Below are positions 37,865 through 47,613 of a stretch of 64,000 nucleotides of DNA, in pieces. The notes beneath the pieces are model-generated. The model did not search any database. It had not been told where the DNA came from and saw nothing but the letters and a program-made list of their open reading frames with translations. This DNA comes from Roseibacillus sp. (lineage in GTDB: Bacteria > Verrucomicrobiota > Verrucomicrobiia > Verrucomicrobiales > Akkermansiaceae): contig JBPOGI010000001.1 of assembly GCA_051251855.1 (NCBI GenBank), forward strand, positions 1,664,001-1,728,000. Direction: 5' to 3'. Position 1 is the stretch's first letter, and each line of letters begins with the position of its first letter. The translations under genes and the position numbers were made by a program.

Positions 37865-38575
37865 ATGCAAACAAAGGGCATATCCGCACTCTCTATTCGC
37901 CGTGCGGGAGACCGCTTCCACTCCAACTTCGGTTGGCTCAACGCTAAGCACACCTTCTCGTTCGGTGAACATTATGACCCAGATCATGCCGGCTTCCGTG
38001 CTCTTCGAGTCATTAATGACGACACGGTCGCTCCAGGCAAGGGCTTTGACACTCACCCCCACTCTTCGATGGAAATCTTCACTTACATCATCGAGGGGCA
38101 ACTTGAGCACAAGGACTCCATGGGCAATGGGCGAATCATCGAAACTGGTGAGTTCCAATACATGTCTGCCGGTTCAGGCGTCGAACATTCCGAGTTTAAC
38201 CCCTCAAACGAAAATTCCGTTCATCTTCTCCAGATATGGATCACACCAACTCATCAGGGTGGAGAGCCTCGCTACGCCGACTTCGACACCAAGCCTCTGC
38301 GCCAAGAAAACGGACTCACCCTCCTCGCATCGCCCATGGGCGAAGGTTCCTCTTTCGGCATCCGACAACACGCCGAGATTCATTTCGGGCATCTTGCTGC
38401 AGGAGCAAGCCTCAGCCCCCAAACAAATTTTAGCCACCAGTATCTTCACCTGATAACAGGTGAAATAAAAATCAGTGGCGAAACTCTTACTAGTGGCGAC
38501 GGTGTTGGCTTCACTGGCACCCAGTCCCTAAAGGCCTCCGCCGAAAGCGAGTTCCTTTTCTTTGCCCTCTCTTAA
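37865..38575 (+). CDS. Pirin-family protein
   Basis: GWL..HTFSFG.HYDP, LRVINDD, GF.THPH..MEI, H.DSMG, MSAGSGV.HSEFN, LQIWI. Confidence 0.93.
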   Translation: MQTKGISALSIRRAGDRFHSNFGWLNAKHTFSFGEHYDPDHAGFRALRVINDDTVAPGKGFDTHPHSSMEIFTYIIEGQLEHKDSMGNGRIIETGEFQYMSAGSGVEHSEFNPSNENSVHLLQIWITPTHQGGEPRYADFDTKPLRQENGLTLLASPMGEGSSFGIRQHAEIHFGHLAAGASLSPQTNFSHQYLHLITGEIKISGETLTSGDGVGFTGTQSLKASAESEFLFFALS

Positions 38576-38614
38576 TCAAGAAAACAAACAAATCAAAACT
38601 AACCAACCATCCAA

Positions 38615-39235
38615 ATGAAAATTAAATATACCCTCCCACTCCTTGCCGGAACAAGCGTCCTTGCCCTCACGTCTTGTAAGAACCCTGCAGACGAGACCGC
38701 TGATGCCACTGTCAGCGAAGCCGCTCCAGAAGCGACAGTCTCTGGCGGCACCACTTACATCTTTACCGATAGCTCCACTATAAGCTTTGTCGGCTCCAAA
38801 GTCACAGGCTCCCACGAAGGAGGCTTCAAGACCTTCAAAGGTAATTTCGTTGTTAAAAACGGAGAGCCTCAAGGCGGAAACTTCACTATCGATATGAACT
38901 CCACTTGGTCAGACAACGACAAGCTCACCGAGCATCTCAAAGCTCCCGACTTCTTCAACGTCGCTTCATTCCCATCCACCGCGTTCGTCGTCACCAACTT
39001 CGCGAAAGAGGCAGGCAATACGTATCAAGTTTCAGGTAACCTCACCCTGCACGGCGTCACCAAAAACATCACCTTCCCGACCACTGCAAGCACCAGCGAA
39101 GACTCAATCAAAGTCTCTTCTGAATTCGATATCAAGCGCAGTGACTTCGGCATCACCTATCCCGGAAAGAAGGACGATCTCATCCGCGACGAAGTAATCA
39201 TCAAATTCAACTTAAGTGCCGAACCCGCCGTTTAA
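38615..39235 (+). CDS. YceI-family lipoprotein
   Basis: Lipobox ALTSC; HLKAPDFFNV..FP, GNLTLHGVTK, IKRSDFGI. Confidence 0.92.
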   Translation: MKIKYTLPLLAGTSVLALTSCKNPADETADATVSEAAPEATVSGGTTYIFTDSSTISFVGSKVTGSHEGGFKTFKGNFVVKNGEPQGGNFTIDMNSTWSDNDKLTEHLKAPDFFNVASFPSTAFVVTNFAKEAGNTYQVSGNLTLHGVTKNITFPTTASTSEDSIKVSSEFDIKRSDFGITYPGKKDDLIRDEVIIKFNLSAEPAV

Positions 39236-39282
39236 CTAAAAACTATTAGCCATATTTACGAACAGCCCTACCTTCCAAGATC

Positions 39283-39723
39283 ATGGACACAAATATCAAT
39301 ACCCTTGCTAAAGAAATGAAAGTGGAAGTAGCGGCTTCCCTAGACACTCTAGGAAACCGCCTACGCAAAGTTGAAAAGGAACTTGATCTCGAGTGCATGA
39401 ACTTGCGAGACCTCGTGAATTCCCACGACCCCCAACTCAATCGACAGCTCGATGCTTTGAGCGGGAGCATTGCGGAGTTGCACGAAAGCCTATCCGAAGT
39501 GCGCTCGCATCTTGAAGCTGCCGTAGTCGACAGCAACCAACTCGAAGAAGCTACTCAAGAAGTCACAGAGCCGGCTTCTTCGGAGAGAAAAACTTCAACT
39601 CAAAATGAACTCTCACCGAAAGAAATTGGTCGCATACGCCACGACGAGGAAATCACCCTCAGCGGAATATTCCGCGCCCTCCTCATGGCCGACGAACCCG
39701 CCCAGCGTGCCAATCACGACTAA
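39283..39723 (+). CDS. Hypothetical coiled-coil protein
   Basis: 146-aa ORF with heptad pattern, co-oriented after yceI. Confidence 0.65.
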   Translation: MDTNINTLAKEMKVEVAASLDTLGNRLRKVEKELDLECMNLRDLVNSHDPQLNRQLDALSGSIAELHESLSEVRSHLEAAVVDSNQLEEATQEVTEPASSERKTSTQNELSPKEIGRIRHDEEITLSGIFRALLMADEPAQRANHD

Positions 39724-39769
39724 GAAATCACTGCAATGAAAGACCTCGAATAGAGGTTGAAATGAACAT

Positions 39770-39792
39770 GTAGCGCGGCCCTCACGGCCGCG
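39770..39792 (+). repeat. GTAG-type REP-like palindrome
   Basis: GTAG + CGCGGCC-CTCAC-GGCCGCG (perfect 7-bp stem) between convergent genes. Confidence 0.5.
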
Positions 39793-39836
39793 TTTACGTT
39801 TCCTACACCCTAAGGACGATTTCTCCTGCCCCCTCT

Positions 39837-40469
39837 CTAAAGTAGCCTCCAAAGTAACAAACCAGCGAGCACCCAAAGGCCTCCTCCAAAGCCCAAGTCC
39901 AGCCACTTGCTCTTCCTGTGGTAGGTCGCTCGGATTCCCTCGTGCTGCAACACCACCACCCACAATCCCCATAGAACTAGTCCCTCGAACACAATCGTCA
40001 CCCAGAGAAGAAATGGCCACCACCCTTCCTGTTCCTTCCTTAAGAAAAGAGCCGTCATCCCCGCGAAAAAGAAAACCACTTTCGGATTTAGCAAATTACA
40101 AATGAGTCCCTGTAAAAACCAAACTCGCCCCAACTCGGCTACCTCCGCCTCATGAATCGACTCGGAATCCGCCAAGAAAAACGACCGCAGCATTTTCCAG
40201 CCTAGCCAAATCAAATAGCCAGCCGCCAACAAACTCATCCCTCGCTCCCACTGCCCCCCTTGGGCCAACAGAGCAGACACCCCCCCAATCGCCAACGCCG
40301 CATGCATACACAGGCCCGCAACAATCCCCAACATCACCAACCACCCTGCGCGGCTTCCCTCTTTCAGTGACACCCGCGTCAATAAAATCATATCCGGCCC
40401 TGGGCTAAATTGCCCCAAAGCCATCACTCCTGCAAAGAGCAACCATTCAGCGAACCATTGCTCAGGCAT
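39837..40469 (-). CDS. LysE/RhtB-family translocator
   Basis: SPGPD, G...G...H, GYLIWLG, G..CNLLNPKV. Confidence 0.92.
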   Translation of the reverse strand: MPEQWFAEWLLFAGVMALGQFSPGPDMILLTRVSLKEGSRAGWLVMLGIVAGLCMHAALAIGGVSALLAQGGQWERGMSLLAAGYLIWLGWKMLRSFFLADSESIHEAEVAELGRVWFLQGLICNLLNPKVVFFFAGMTALFLRKEQEGWWPFLLWVTIVFEGLVLWGLWVVVLQHEGIRATYHRKSKWLDLGFGGGLWVLAGLLLWRLL

Positions 40470-40481
40470 TTTTAGCCAGTT

Positions 40482-40799
40482 CTACCGGAAACTCGCCGCC
40501 CGCACGTATTTCAGAATCGCCGTCTCCTCGCTCACCGACAACCCCGCATTCCCAGACATTCCCTTCAACACCGGATGCCACTGCCCTTCCATCTCGCCCA
40601 TGGGCAATTTTGCCTCATGGCATTCCATACACTTCCGACTAAAGACCCAATACCCCTCCCCCATTTCATCCAAAGAAATCCCCGCCTTTCCCGCCATTAC
40701 TGGATTTGGCTGCGGCAATCCACTTTCGTCCAAACCATTTGAACCACAAGCAATCAAAAGCACCGCAACCAAACCAGAAAGCCCACAAAACAACTTCAT
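40482..40799 (-). CDS. Small monoheme c-type cytochrome lipoprotein
   Basis: Lipobox LLIAC; CMECH; downstream Met (KGMSG) as possible axial ligand. Confidence 0.75.
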   Translation of the reverse strand: MKLFCGLSGLVAVLLIACGSNGLDESGLPQPNPVMAGKAGISLDEMGEGYWVFSRKCMECHEAKLPMGEMEGQWHPVLKGMSGNAGLSVSEETAILKYVRAASFR

Positions 40800-40936
40800 G
40801 TCCCTCTCATAGCAAGAGCTCACCCTCCTAGACACTCCAATTTACACCATCCTGAGACAGCAGCGCCCCCCTTTCCCTATTCAACAAACACATTCCGCGC
40901 TAGCCACCAGCCGAGAAAGCCCCTAAATCCCATCGG

Positions 40937-43900
40937 GTGCACGCGCTCTACGTCGAAAAACGCCCCGAACACAATCAACCCGCTCAAACCCTTCTCTCCG
41001 ACCTGCGAGAGATCCTCAGCCTGCCCCAGTTGAGCGACCTCCGCCTGCTCCAGCGCTATTTTGCCGACGGTCTCAGCGACGAACATTTTCATCAAGCCAG
41101 CGAGCACATCCTCTCCGAACCCTTCACCGAAGAAACCTTCTCCCAACTCCCTGCCGCCGAACACACCTTCGCCATCGAATTCCTCCCTGGCCAATTCGAC
41201 CAACGCGCCGATTCCGCCGCCCAGTGCATCGCCATCCTCACCGGCCAAGAAGCCCCTCCCCTCACCTCAGCCCAAGTCTACCTCCTCCAAGGCGACCTCT
41301 CCGACGAACAACTCCAAGCAGTCAAAGACTACCTCATCAATCCCGTCGATTCTCACGAGGCCTCCCTCAACCTCCCTGCAACCCTCACCCCACCAGTCAA
41401 AGACCCCGCCGACGTCGCCACCCTCACCGGTTTCATCGCCAAGTCAGAGCCCGAACTCAGCGCCCTCCGCGCCGACCTTGGCCTTGCCATGACCCTCGCC
41501 GACCTCGCGCATACCCAGACCTACTTCCGCGATGAGGAAGACCGCGACCCCTCACTCACCGAGATTAAACTCCTCGACACCTACTGGTCGGATCACTGCC
41601 GCCACACCACCTTCCTCACCAAAATCGCCGAAGTTACCTTCGGCGAAAATACCGAGACCATCCAAGCCACCTACCGCAACTACCAAAACACCCGCGACGC
41701 TCTTTACGGCAAAGACACCCATCGCCCCGAGACCATGATGGACCTCGCCATCATCGCCGCCAAAGAACTCAAAAAATCAGGCGAGCTCGACAACCTCGAA
41801 CTCTCCGAGGAAATCAACGCCGCCTCCATCATCGTCGAAATCCCTCTCACCAAAGACGGACAAGAGAGCACCGAAGAATACCTCATCCAGTTCAAGAACG
41901 AGACCCACAACCACCCCACCGAAATCGAACCCTTCGGCGGAGCCGCCACCTGCCTCGGCGGCTGCATCCGCGACCCCCTCTCTGGCCGCGCCTACGTCTA
42001 TCAAGCCATGCGAGTCACCGGAGCCTGGGACCCTCGCACCCCTTTTTCAGAAACCCTCCCCAACAAACTCCCTCAGCGCAAAATCTGCCTCGAAGCCGCG
42101 CGCGGTTACTCCTCCTACGGCAACCAGATCGGACTTGCCACCGGCCAAGTTTCCGAAATCTATCACCCCGGCTACGTTGCTAAGCGCATGGAAATCGGTG
42201 CCGTCGTCGCCGCCTGCCCGCGCAGTCAAGTGCAACGCGGCAACCCCGCCCCCGGCGACATCATCCTCCTCATCGGCGGACGCACCGGACGCGATGGCGT
42301 CGGTGGAGCGACGGGTTCCTCCAAAGAACACACCGAGACAGCCCTCGAAAACTCCGCCGAAGTCCAAAAAGGCAACCCGCCTACCGAGCGCAAAGTGCAG
42401 CGCCTCTTCCGCAACCCCGAGCTTTCCTACAAAATTAAGCGCTGCAACGACTTCGGCGCTGGCGGAGTCTCCGTCGCCATTGGCGAACTCGCCGACAGCC
42501 TCGATATCGACCTCGATGCCGTCCCCAAGAAATACCAAGGCCTCGACGGCACCGAACTCGCCATCTCCGAATCCCAAGAACGCATGGCCGTCGTCGTCGA
42601 CCCCTCCGACGTCGCCTACTTCATCGCCGAGTCTGACAAAGAGAACCTCGAATGTGTCCAAGTGGCCATCGTCACCGACAACGGCCGCATGACCATGACT
42701 TGGCGAGGCCAAAAAATCGTCAACCTCACCCGCGACTTCATCGAAACCAACGGCGTCCAAGGCTCCGCCAAAATCCACATCAATTCCCCCACTAGTACCG
42801 TCACTGGGAGCGCTGGTCTGCGACTGGCCCCGCAACCCGATCAAAACCTCAAGCTCTCCCTCCTCGCTCACCTCTCTCTTCTCCATAACGCCTCCCAAAA
42901 AGGCCTCGGCGAGATGTTCGATTCCTCCATCGGCTCCGGCACCGTTCTCTCCCCCTTCGGCGGAAAAAATCAACTCACTCCGCCCGACTCCATGGTCGCC
43001 AAAGTCCCCGTTCTCGACGGCGAGACCGACGTCTGCACCCACATGTCTTGGGCCTTCGATCCCAATCTCAGTAGCGCCTCACCCTTCCACGGCAGCGTCC
43101 ACGCCGTCGCCGAATCCGTTTGCAAGCTCGTCGCCACCGGAGCCCGCCTCAGCGACACCCGCCTCACCTTTCAAGAATACTTCCCCAAGCTCGGAGACGA
43201 CCCCGCTCGCTGGGGCCTACCCTTCGCCGCCTTGTTAGGCGCATTCCACGCCCAACAAGGACTTCGCCTCGCCGCTATCGGAGGGAAAGACTCCATGTCC
43301 GGCTCCTTCAAGGACCTCGACGTCCCCCCCACTCTCGTTTCCTTCGCCCTCGCCCCCGGCAAAGCAAGTCAAGCACTCTCACCCGAGTTCAAAGCCGCAG
43401 GCTCTACCCTTAGCCTCGTCACCGCCCCCACCGACAGCGAAGGCCTACCCCTCTACCCCGAACTCCTCGCCCTCGCCGACCAACTGCACCAACTCACCTC
43501 CAGCGGACAAGTCCTCTCCCTCAAATACCTCGGCCAACCCGGTCTCGGCTACGCCCTCGCCCTGAGCACCCTCGGCAACACCATCGGAGCCAAAGTCTCC
43601 AACGGGTCAGACGTCCTCGCGCCCGCGCCCTACACCTTCCTCCTCGAAACTACCCCAGAAACCCAACTCCCCGAGAACTTCCAACTCATCGGCGAAACCA
43701 CCACCGAGGCCACCCTCGTCATCAACGACGACACCATTCCTCTCATCGAACTCGAAAGCGCCTACACCACCCCCCTTGAGTCCGTTTATCGCACCACTTC
43801 CACTCACCCCTCGGCCACCAGCGAAGCCACCGTTGCAGCGGTCACCCAAGACAGCCCCGCCAAAGCACCCGCCCTCCTCAGCACCAAACCGAAAGTCATC

Positions 43901-44662
43901 ATCCCCGTCTTCCCAGGCACCAACTGCGAATACGACACCGCCGCCGTGTTCGATCAAGCCGGCGCCGAATCCGAGGTCCTAGTCTTCCGCAACCTTACTC
44001 CCGAAGCCGTTGAAGATTCCCTCGCCGCTCTCGCTAATTCCATTCGCCAATCCCAAATCCTGATGCTCCCCGGCGGCTTCAGCTCCGGCGACGAACCAGA
44101 CGGCTCAGCCAAATTCATCGCCACCATTCTGCGCAACCCGCAAATCGCCGACGCCATCGCCGACCTCTATCAGACACGTCAAGGCCTTATCCTCGGCATC
44201 TGTAACGGCTTCCAAGCCCTCGTCAAATCCGGACTCCTCACCCCCGGCGGCTCAGCCACTCTCACCCACAACCCCATCGCACGTCACATCTCCACCTACG
44301 TCACCACCCGCATCGCCAACACCAATTCCCCTTGGCTTTCGAATAGCAGCGTAGGCGACCTCCACACCATTCCTGTCTCCCACGGCGAAGGCCGCTTCCT
44401 TGCTGACGAAGCCACCCTCTCCACCCTGATTGCCAATGGCCAAATCGCCACTCAATACACCGCACTCGACGGCACCCCCACCATGGCAGAGCCCTTCAAC
44501 CCCAATCGAAGCGACCTCGCCATCGAAGGCATCACCAGCCCCTGCGGCCGCATCTTTGGCAAAATGGGCCACACCGAACGCCGAGGCGACCATGTCGCCA
44601 AGAACATCCCCGGCACCAAGCACCAGCCCCTCTTCAAGGCGGGAGTCTCCTACTTTCAGTAA
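40937..44662 (+). CDS. purL: Phosphoribosylformylglycinamidine synthase, single-chain large form
   Basis: PGQFDQRADSA, DTYWSDHCRH, ETHNHPTEIEPFGGA, DFGAGG, SESQERM, GGKDSMS, FPGTNCE, GICNGFQ, SHGEG, MGHTER. Confidence 0.97.
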   Translation: MHALYVEKRPEHNQPAQTLLSDLREILSLPQLSDLRLLQRYFADGLSDEHFHQASEHILSEPFTEETFSQLPAAEHTFAIEFLPGQFDQRADSAAQCIAILTGQEAPPLTSAQVYLLQGDLSDEQLQAVKDYLINPVDSHEASLNLPATLTPPVKDPADVATLTGFIAKSEPELSALRADLGLAMTLADLAHTQTYFRDEEDRDPSLTEIKLLDTYWSDHCRHTTFLTKIAEVTFGENTETIQATYRNYQNTRDALYGKDTHRPETMMDLAIIAAKELKKSGELDNLELSEEINAASIIVEIPLTKDGQESTEEYLIQFKNETHNHPTEIEPFGGAATCLGGCIRDPLSGRAYVYQAMRVTGAWDPRTPFSETLPNKLPQRKICLEAARGYSSYGNQIGLATGQVSEIYHPGYVAKRMEIGAVVAACPRSQVQRGNPAPGDIILLIGGRTGRDGVGGATGSSKEHTETALENSAEVQKGNPPTERKVQRLFRNPELSYKIKRCNDFGAGGVSVAIGELADSLDIDLDAVPKKYQGLDGTELAISESQERMAVVVDPSDVAYFIAESDKENLECVQVAIVTDNGRMTMTWRGQKIVNLTRDFIETNGVQGSAKIHINSPTSTVTGSAGLRLAPQPDQNLKLSLLAHLSLLHNASQKGLGEMFDSSIGSGTVLSPFGGKNQLTPPDSMVAKVPVLDGETDVCTHMSWAFDPNLSSASPFHGSVHAVAESVCKLVATGARLSDTRLTFQEYFPKLGDDPARWGLPFAALLGAFHAQQGLRLAAIGGKDSMSGSFKDLDVPPTLVSFALAPGKASQALSPEFKAAGSTLSLVTAPTDSEGLPLYPELLALADQLHQLTSSGQVLSLKYLGQPGLGYALALSTLGNTIGAKVSNGSDVLAPAPYTFLLETTPETQLPENFQLIGETTTEATLVINDDTIPLIELESAYTTPLESVYRTTSTHPSATSEATVAAVTQDSPAKAPALLSTKPKVIIPVFPGTNCEYDTAAVFDQAGAESEVLVFRNLTPEAVEDSLAALANSIRQSQILMLPGGFSSGDEPDGSAKFIATILRNPQIADAIADLYQTRQGLILGICNGFQALVKSGLLTPGGSATLTHNPIARHISTYVTTRIANTNSPWLSNSSVGDLHTIPVSHGEGRFLADEATLSTLIANGQIATQYTALDGTPTMAEPFNPNRSDLAIEGITSPCGRIFGKMGHTERRGDHVAKNIPGTKHQPLFKAGVSYFQ

Positions 44663-44668
44663 GGCCCC

Positions 44669-45136
44669 ATGCCCTCTCTCATCGTCTTTGACCTCGATCT
44701 CACTCTCTGGCATTGCGGCCCCCTCCTTTGGTGCGACCAACTCATGCCACCCCTCAAACTCAGTGAGGAAAAACAAGTCCTTGATGCCGATGGAGTAAAA
44801 GTCTCCCTCTTCCATGAAGTTCCAGACCTCCTAAACGAGCTCGCTGACACCGGAATTCCCATGGCTGTCGCTTCCCGCACCAGCGCACCAAAAATTGCCC
44901 GACAACTCCTCGAACTCTTCAAAATTGCCCATCACTTCGAGCACCAAGAAATCTATCCCGGCGACAAGACAGCCCACTTTGCAGCCCTCCAAAAAGCGAC
45001 TGGCCTGCCCTATTCCGAAATGACCTTCTTCGATGACGAACTTCGCAATATCGAAGACGTCTCATCTCTCGGTGTTCAATGCCATCTCGTCACCATCGGC
45101 ATCAGTCGCCAAATGCTCCGAAACCTCGCCCACTGA
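44669..45136 (+). CDS. Magnesium-dependent phosphatase-1 (HAD IIIC)-like
   Basis: VFDLDLTLW, ASRT, EIYPGDK..HF, FFDDE.RN. Confidence 0.85.
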   Translation: MPSLIVFDLDLTLWHCGPLLWCDQLMPPLKLSEEKQVLDADGVKVSLFHEVPDLLNELADTGIPMAVASRTSAPKIARQLLELFKIAHHFEHQEIYPGDKTAHFAALQKATGLPYSEMTFFDDELRNIEDVSSLGVQCHLVTIGISRQMLRNLAH

Positions 45137-45145
45137 GCGACCTCC

Positions 45146-46276
45146 TTAAGGCTTGTTGATAGAGAAAAAAACCGCTTCCGATGCTTTGTTCAGATCGGCG
45201 TCAGAAAAGCTCGGCAAAGGAGAGCTACGTTTTTCCGATTTCTTTTTGTCAGAGGCTATTTGTGAATGCTTCCATTGGCGAAGTGGTGCCTGCTGGTAGG
45301 TGAGAAAACTAAATAGGGCCGAATCATAGAGATAATCGTCTAACGTCATGCTGAAATACCAAATAAGCCTCTCCATCGTCTCTATGCTATTCTCAATAGT
45401 ACTTTCGGTATAAAGCGTTGGAACAACCGCTAATTCAGGCGCACTGCAGAGGGCTTCGTCCATCGGCACAACAATCCACTTATCGACCGATCTTCTTAGC
45501 AAATCATCAAATATTTTTTCACATTCCTCGGGAGTTCGAGTCCACTCAACAGTCCTCGCTTCTTCGCCTTGATCGGAAGTATATACGGTCATCCCATTAA
45601 TCGAAAGGGTAGAACGACTGCCTTTTCTCCCCCCTCTCTTTCGAGTCCGGTAAACCACATCCTGCCATGGAAGCTTTGGATAGACCAACAAGAGCGTTAC
45701 TCCACTCGACTTCGCTGAATTTTCGTGAAGGCTCATCAGCCTCTCAAACCTCCTGTGAGCATCTTCGTCCTGATAAGGCAGCGCTGACGGGTCCAAAAGA
45801 AAGTAGCGCTCAAATTCATCATACTTCTCATTCATCAATGACTTGTGAATCAAGTCTACATTCTCGATATCCCTTAGAGACTCTCTCGGAAAGAAGGTGA
45901 GCAAATCGATTTCATATCCCGAGAGCCTTGCAAATTCGGGCACGGTCCAGCCAAGAGCCTTTGGGAAAACTCGTCTCGTCTTGTCTTCTCTTAATCTCCG
46001 CTGGCTTGTTGCAATCACAACTGAACTCTTCTGCAAATGAGCGTCCATCGCGTAACTTCTGTCCGCCGGAGAAAGCGAACGAATGGGAACGCTCAACTTC
46101 TCTCCCTCGTTCGTATGAATTAAAACAGTCTGAGCTTTAACGCCGCCGAGAGTTCCTGTGATCGAAGTTCCAGCGGCTGAAGTCCAAATTCTCTCCGACG
46201 GCTTTTCTAACTCCTCGCCAACGAGTCCTTCACTACAAATTCCAACCATCAACAAAGCTATCAAACACCGTCTCAT
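45146..46276 (-). CDS. Exported SHD1-domain protein with unassigned C-terminal region
   Basis: Signal peptide; RIWTSAAGTSITG...V.I....G....VPI..LSPADR.Y. Confidence 0.7.
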   Translation of the reverse strand: MRRCLIALLMVGICSEGLVGEELEKPSERIWTSAAGTSITGTLGGVKAQTVLIHTNEGEKLSVPIRSLSPADRSYAMDAHLQKSSVVIATSQRRLREDKTRRVFPKALGWTVPEFARLSGYEIDLLTFFPRESLRDIENVDLIHKSLMNEKYDEFERYFLLDPSALPYQDEDAHRRFERLMSLHENSAKSSGVTLLLVYPKLPWQDVVYRTRKRGGRKGSRSTLSINGMTVYTSDQGEEARTVEWTRTPEECEKIFDDLLRRSVDKWIVVPMDEALCSAPELAVVPTLYTESTIENSIETMERLIWYFSMTLDDYLYDSALFSFLTYQQAPLRQWKHSQIASDKKKSEKRSSPLPSFSDADLNKASEAVFFSINKP

Positions 46277-46378
46277 AACAACCTAATATTTTAATTCCTA
46301 GAGTCAGTGAAAACCAAGGTTAAAAATGCGCGAGAAAGACACAAACACTCCACGCCTTTAGACTAGGCCTTTCAAAAC

Positions 46379-46732
46379 TTACAAAGGACTATCCGCAATC
46401 GGAACCGGAATGGCCTCACAATACTTTTTCCACCCCTTGAAGTTCCACTCATTCGGAAAGCCTGCGCACTGCTTTGGCTTCACCTCCTGCAACGAGCAAT
46501 CTTCTCCCTCTAACCACACACAGGAATGGTCAGGGTTTTCCATCAGCGAAAGGTGCTTTCGATTCTCACTGAGGTGAGTGTGTTCTTCAATAAAGTCTTC
46601 AATCCCCATCCCTAAAAAGGCAGCAATCTTCTCAGGCTCACCCTCTTCAAGAATGACATCACCTGGCCACTTGCAGCAGGCCGTGCATCTCTGACAGACG
46701 TAGTAGACGCCTTTATGGGTCGCAGCAGCCAT
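46379..46732 (-). CDS. YkgJ-family cysteine-cluster protein
   Basis: CQRCTACC...CVWL...C....KPKQC..FP. Confidence 0.88.
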   Translation of the reverse strand: MAAATHKGVYYVCQRCTACCKWPGDVILEEGEPEKIAAFLGMGIEDFIEEHTHLSENRKHLSLMENPDHSCVWLEGEDCSLQEVKPKQCAGFPNEWNFKGWKKYCEAIPVPIADSPL

Positions 46733-46747
46733 CGCGTTTGCAGACGA

Positions 46748-47515
46748 CTATCGACGAGCGTAGGCCGAGCTCCCATTCACCTGACGATAATAGCGATCAA
46801 CTTTCGCCAAGAAAGCCTGCCACTTCACGCCAGGCTTACCGTTTGTCATCAGGAAGTGAGGACAATTTTTGTTGGGAGGATTCTTACCCCAACGTGGCCA
46901 GTGATAATGAGGAACAACGCGAGAAAGTGGGATATCATGCTTCACCATCAGGTAGGCTGCCAATTTCGCCGACCGATCCATGGTCGAGGTCTTGCTGCAA
47001 CCAGGGTGTTCGCACATCTCGATACCAATACTGTATTTGTTTCCGGGTCCATTGTGATCGGCGTGGTTTCCTTGCTCAGTAGTGGGCAGATGCTGCACCG
47101 CTTGACGGTCATCCGTGGTGTAATGCCAAGAAATCCGGCCCAACTTACTATTTTTCAGCGCCAAAGCGTGACGATTGGAGTCCGCGCCCTTTGACCAGTT
47201 CTGCGTGCTGTGAATCGTAATATAACGCGGGGTCATCGAGCGGCCCGTTCTGCCGCGAGCGCTACGTGAGATAATGTCCTGCTTCAATCGCACCTCGGAT
47301 AAGAGAGAACGCGTGCTTCGCGCATTCGAAGAGCCTGAGCTGGAGCTGACGTAGGTGGGATAGGTATTCTTCGTCGTATAGCCACTGGAACCTCGATAAA
47401 AGGAGTCCGGACGTTGATTTTGAATCGCAATGACTTCGGACTTCTTTTTACCGCCGCAGCCGGTGAAAGAAAGACCGATAAGCGGGACACTGAGGAGGAG
47501 GAAAAATCGATTCAT
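46748..47515 (-). CDS. N-acetylmuramoyl-L-alanine amidase (Amidase_2) lipoprotein
   Basis: Lipobox FTGC; ITIHST, SWHYTTDD, SIGIEMC, VVPHYHW, KNCP. Confidence 0.9.
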   Translation of the reverse strand: MNRFFLLLSVPLIGLSFTGCGGKKKSEVIAIQNQRPDSFYRGSSGYTTKNTYPTYVSSSSGSSNARSTRSLLSEVRLKQDIISRSARGRTGRSMTPRYITIHSTQNWSKGADSNRHALALKNSKLGRISWHYTTDDRQAVQHLPTTEQGNHADHNGPGNKYSIGIEMCEHPGCSKTSTMDRSAKLAAYLMVKHDIPLSRVVPHYHWPRWGKNPPNKNCPHFLMTNGKPGVKWQAFLAKVDRYYRQVNGSSAYARR

Positions 47516-47613
47516 TATAGGCAAGTGAGTCGGTGAAGCGCTAATATTATTCAATTTATCTCAAAAGTGAAGTTAGCATTGCGTGTTTATTTGACGCGAC
47601 GATACTGCTCTAA

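Noticed and set aside
40800..40936. Purine or ZTP riboswitch upstream of purL
   Set aside because: No recognisable consensus in the short divergent gap
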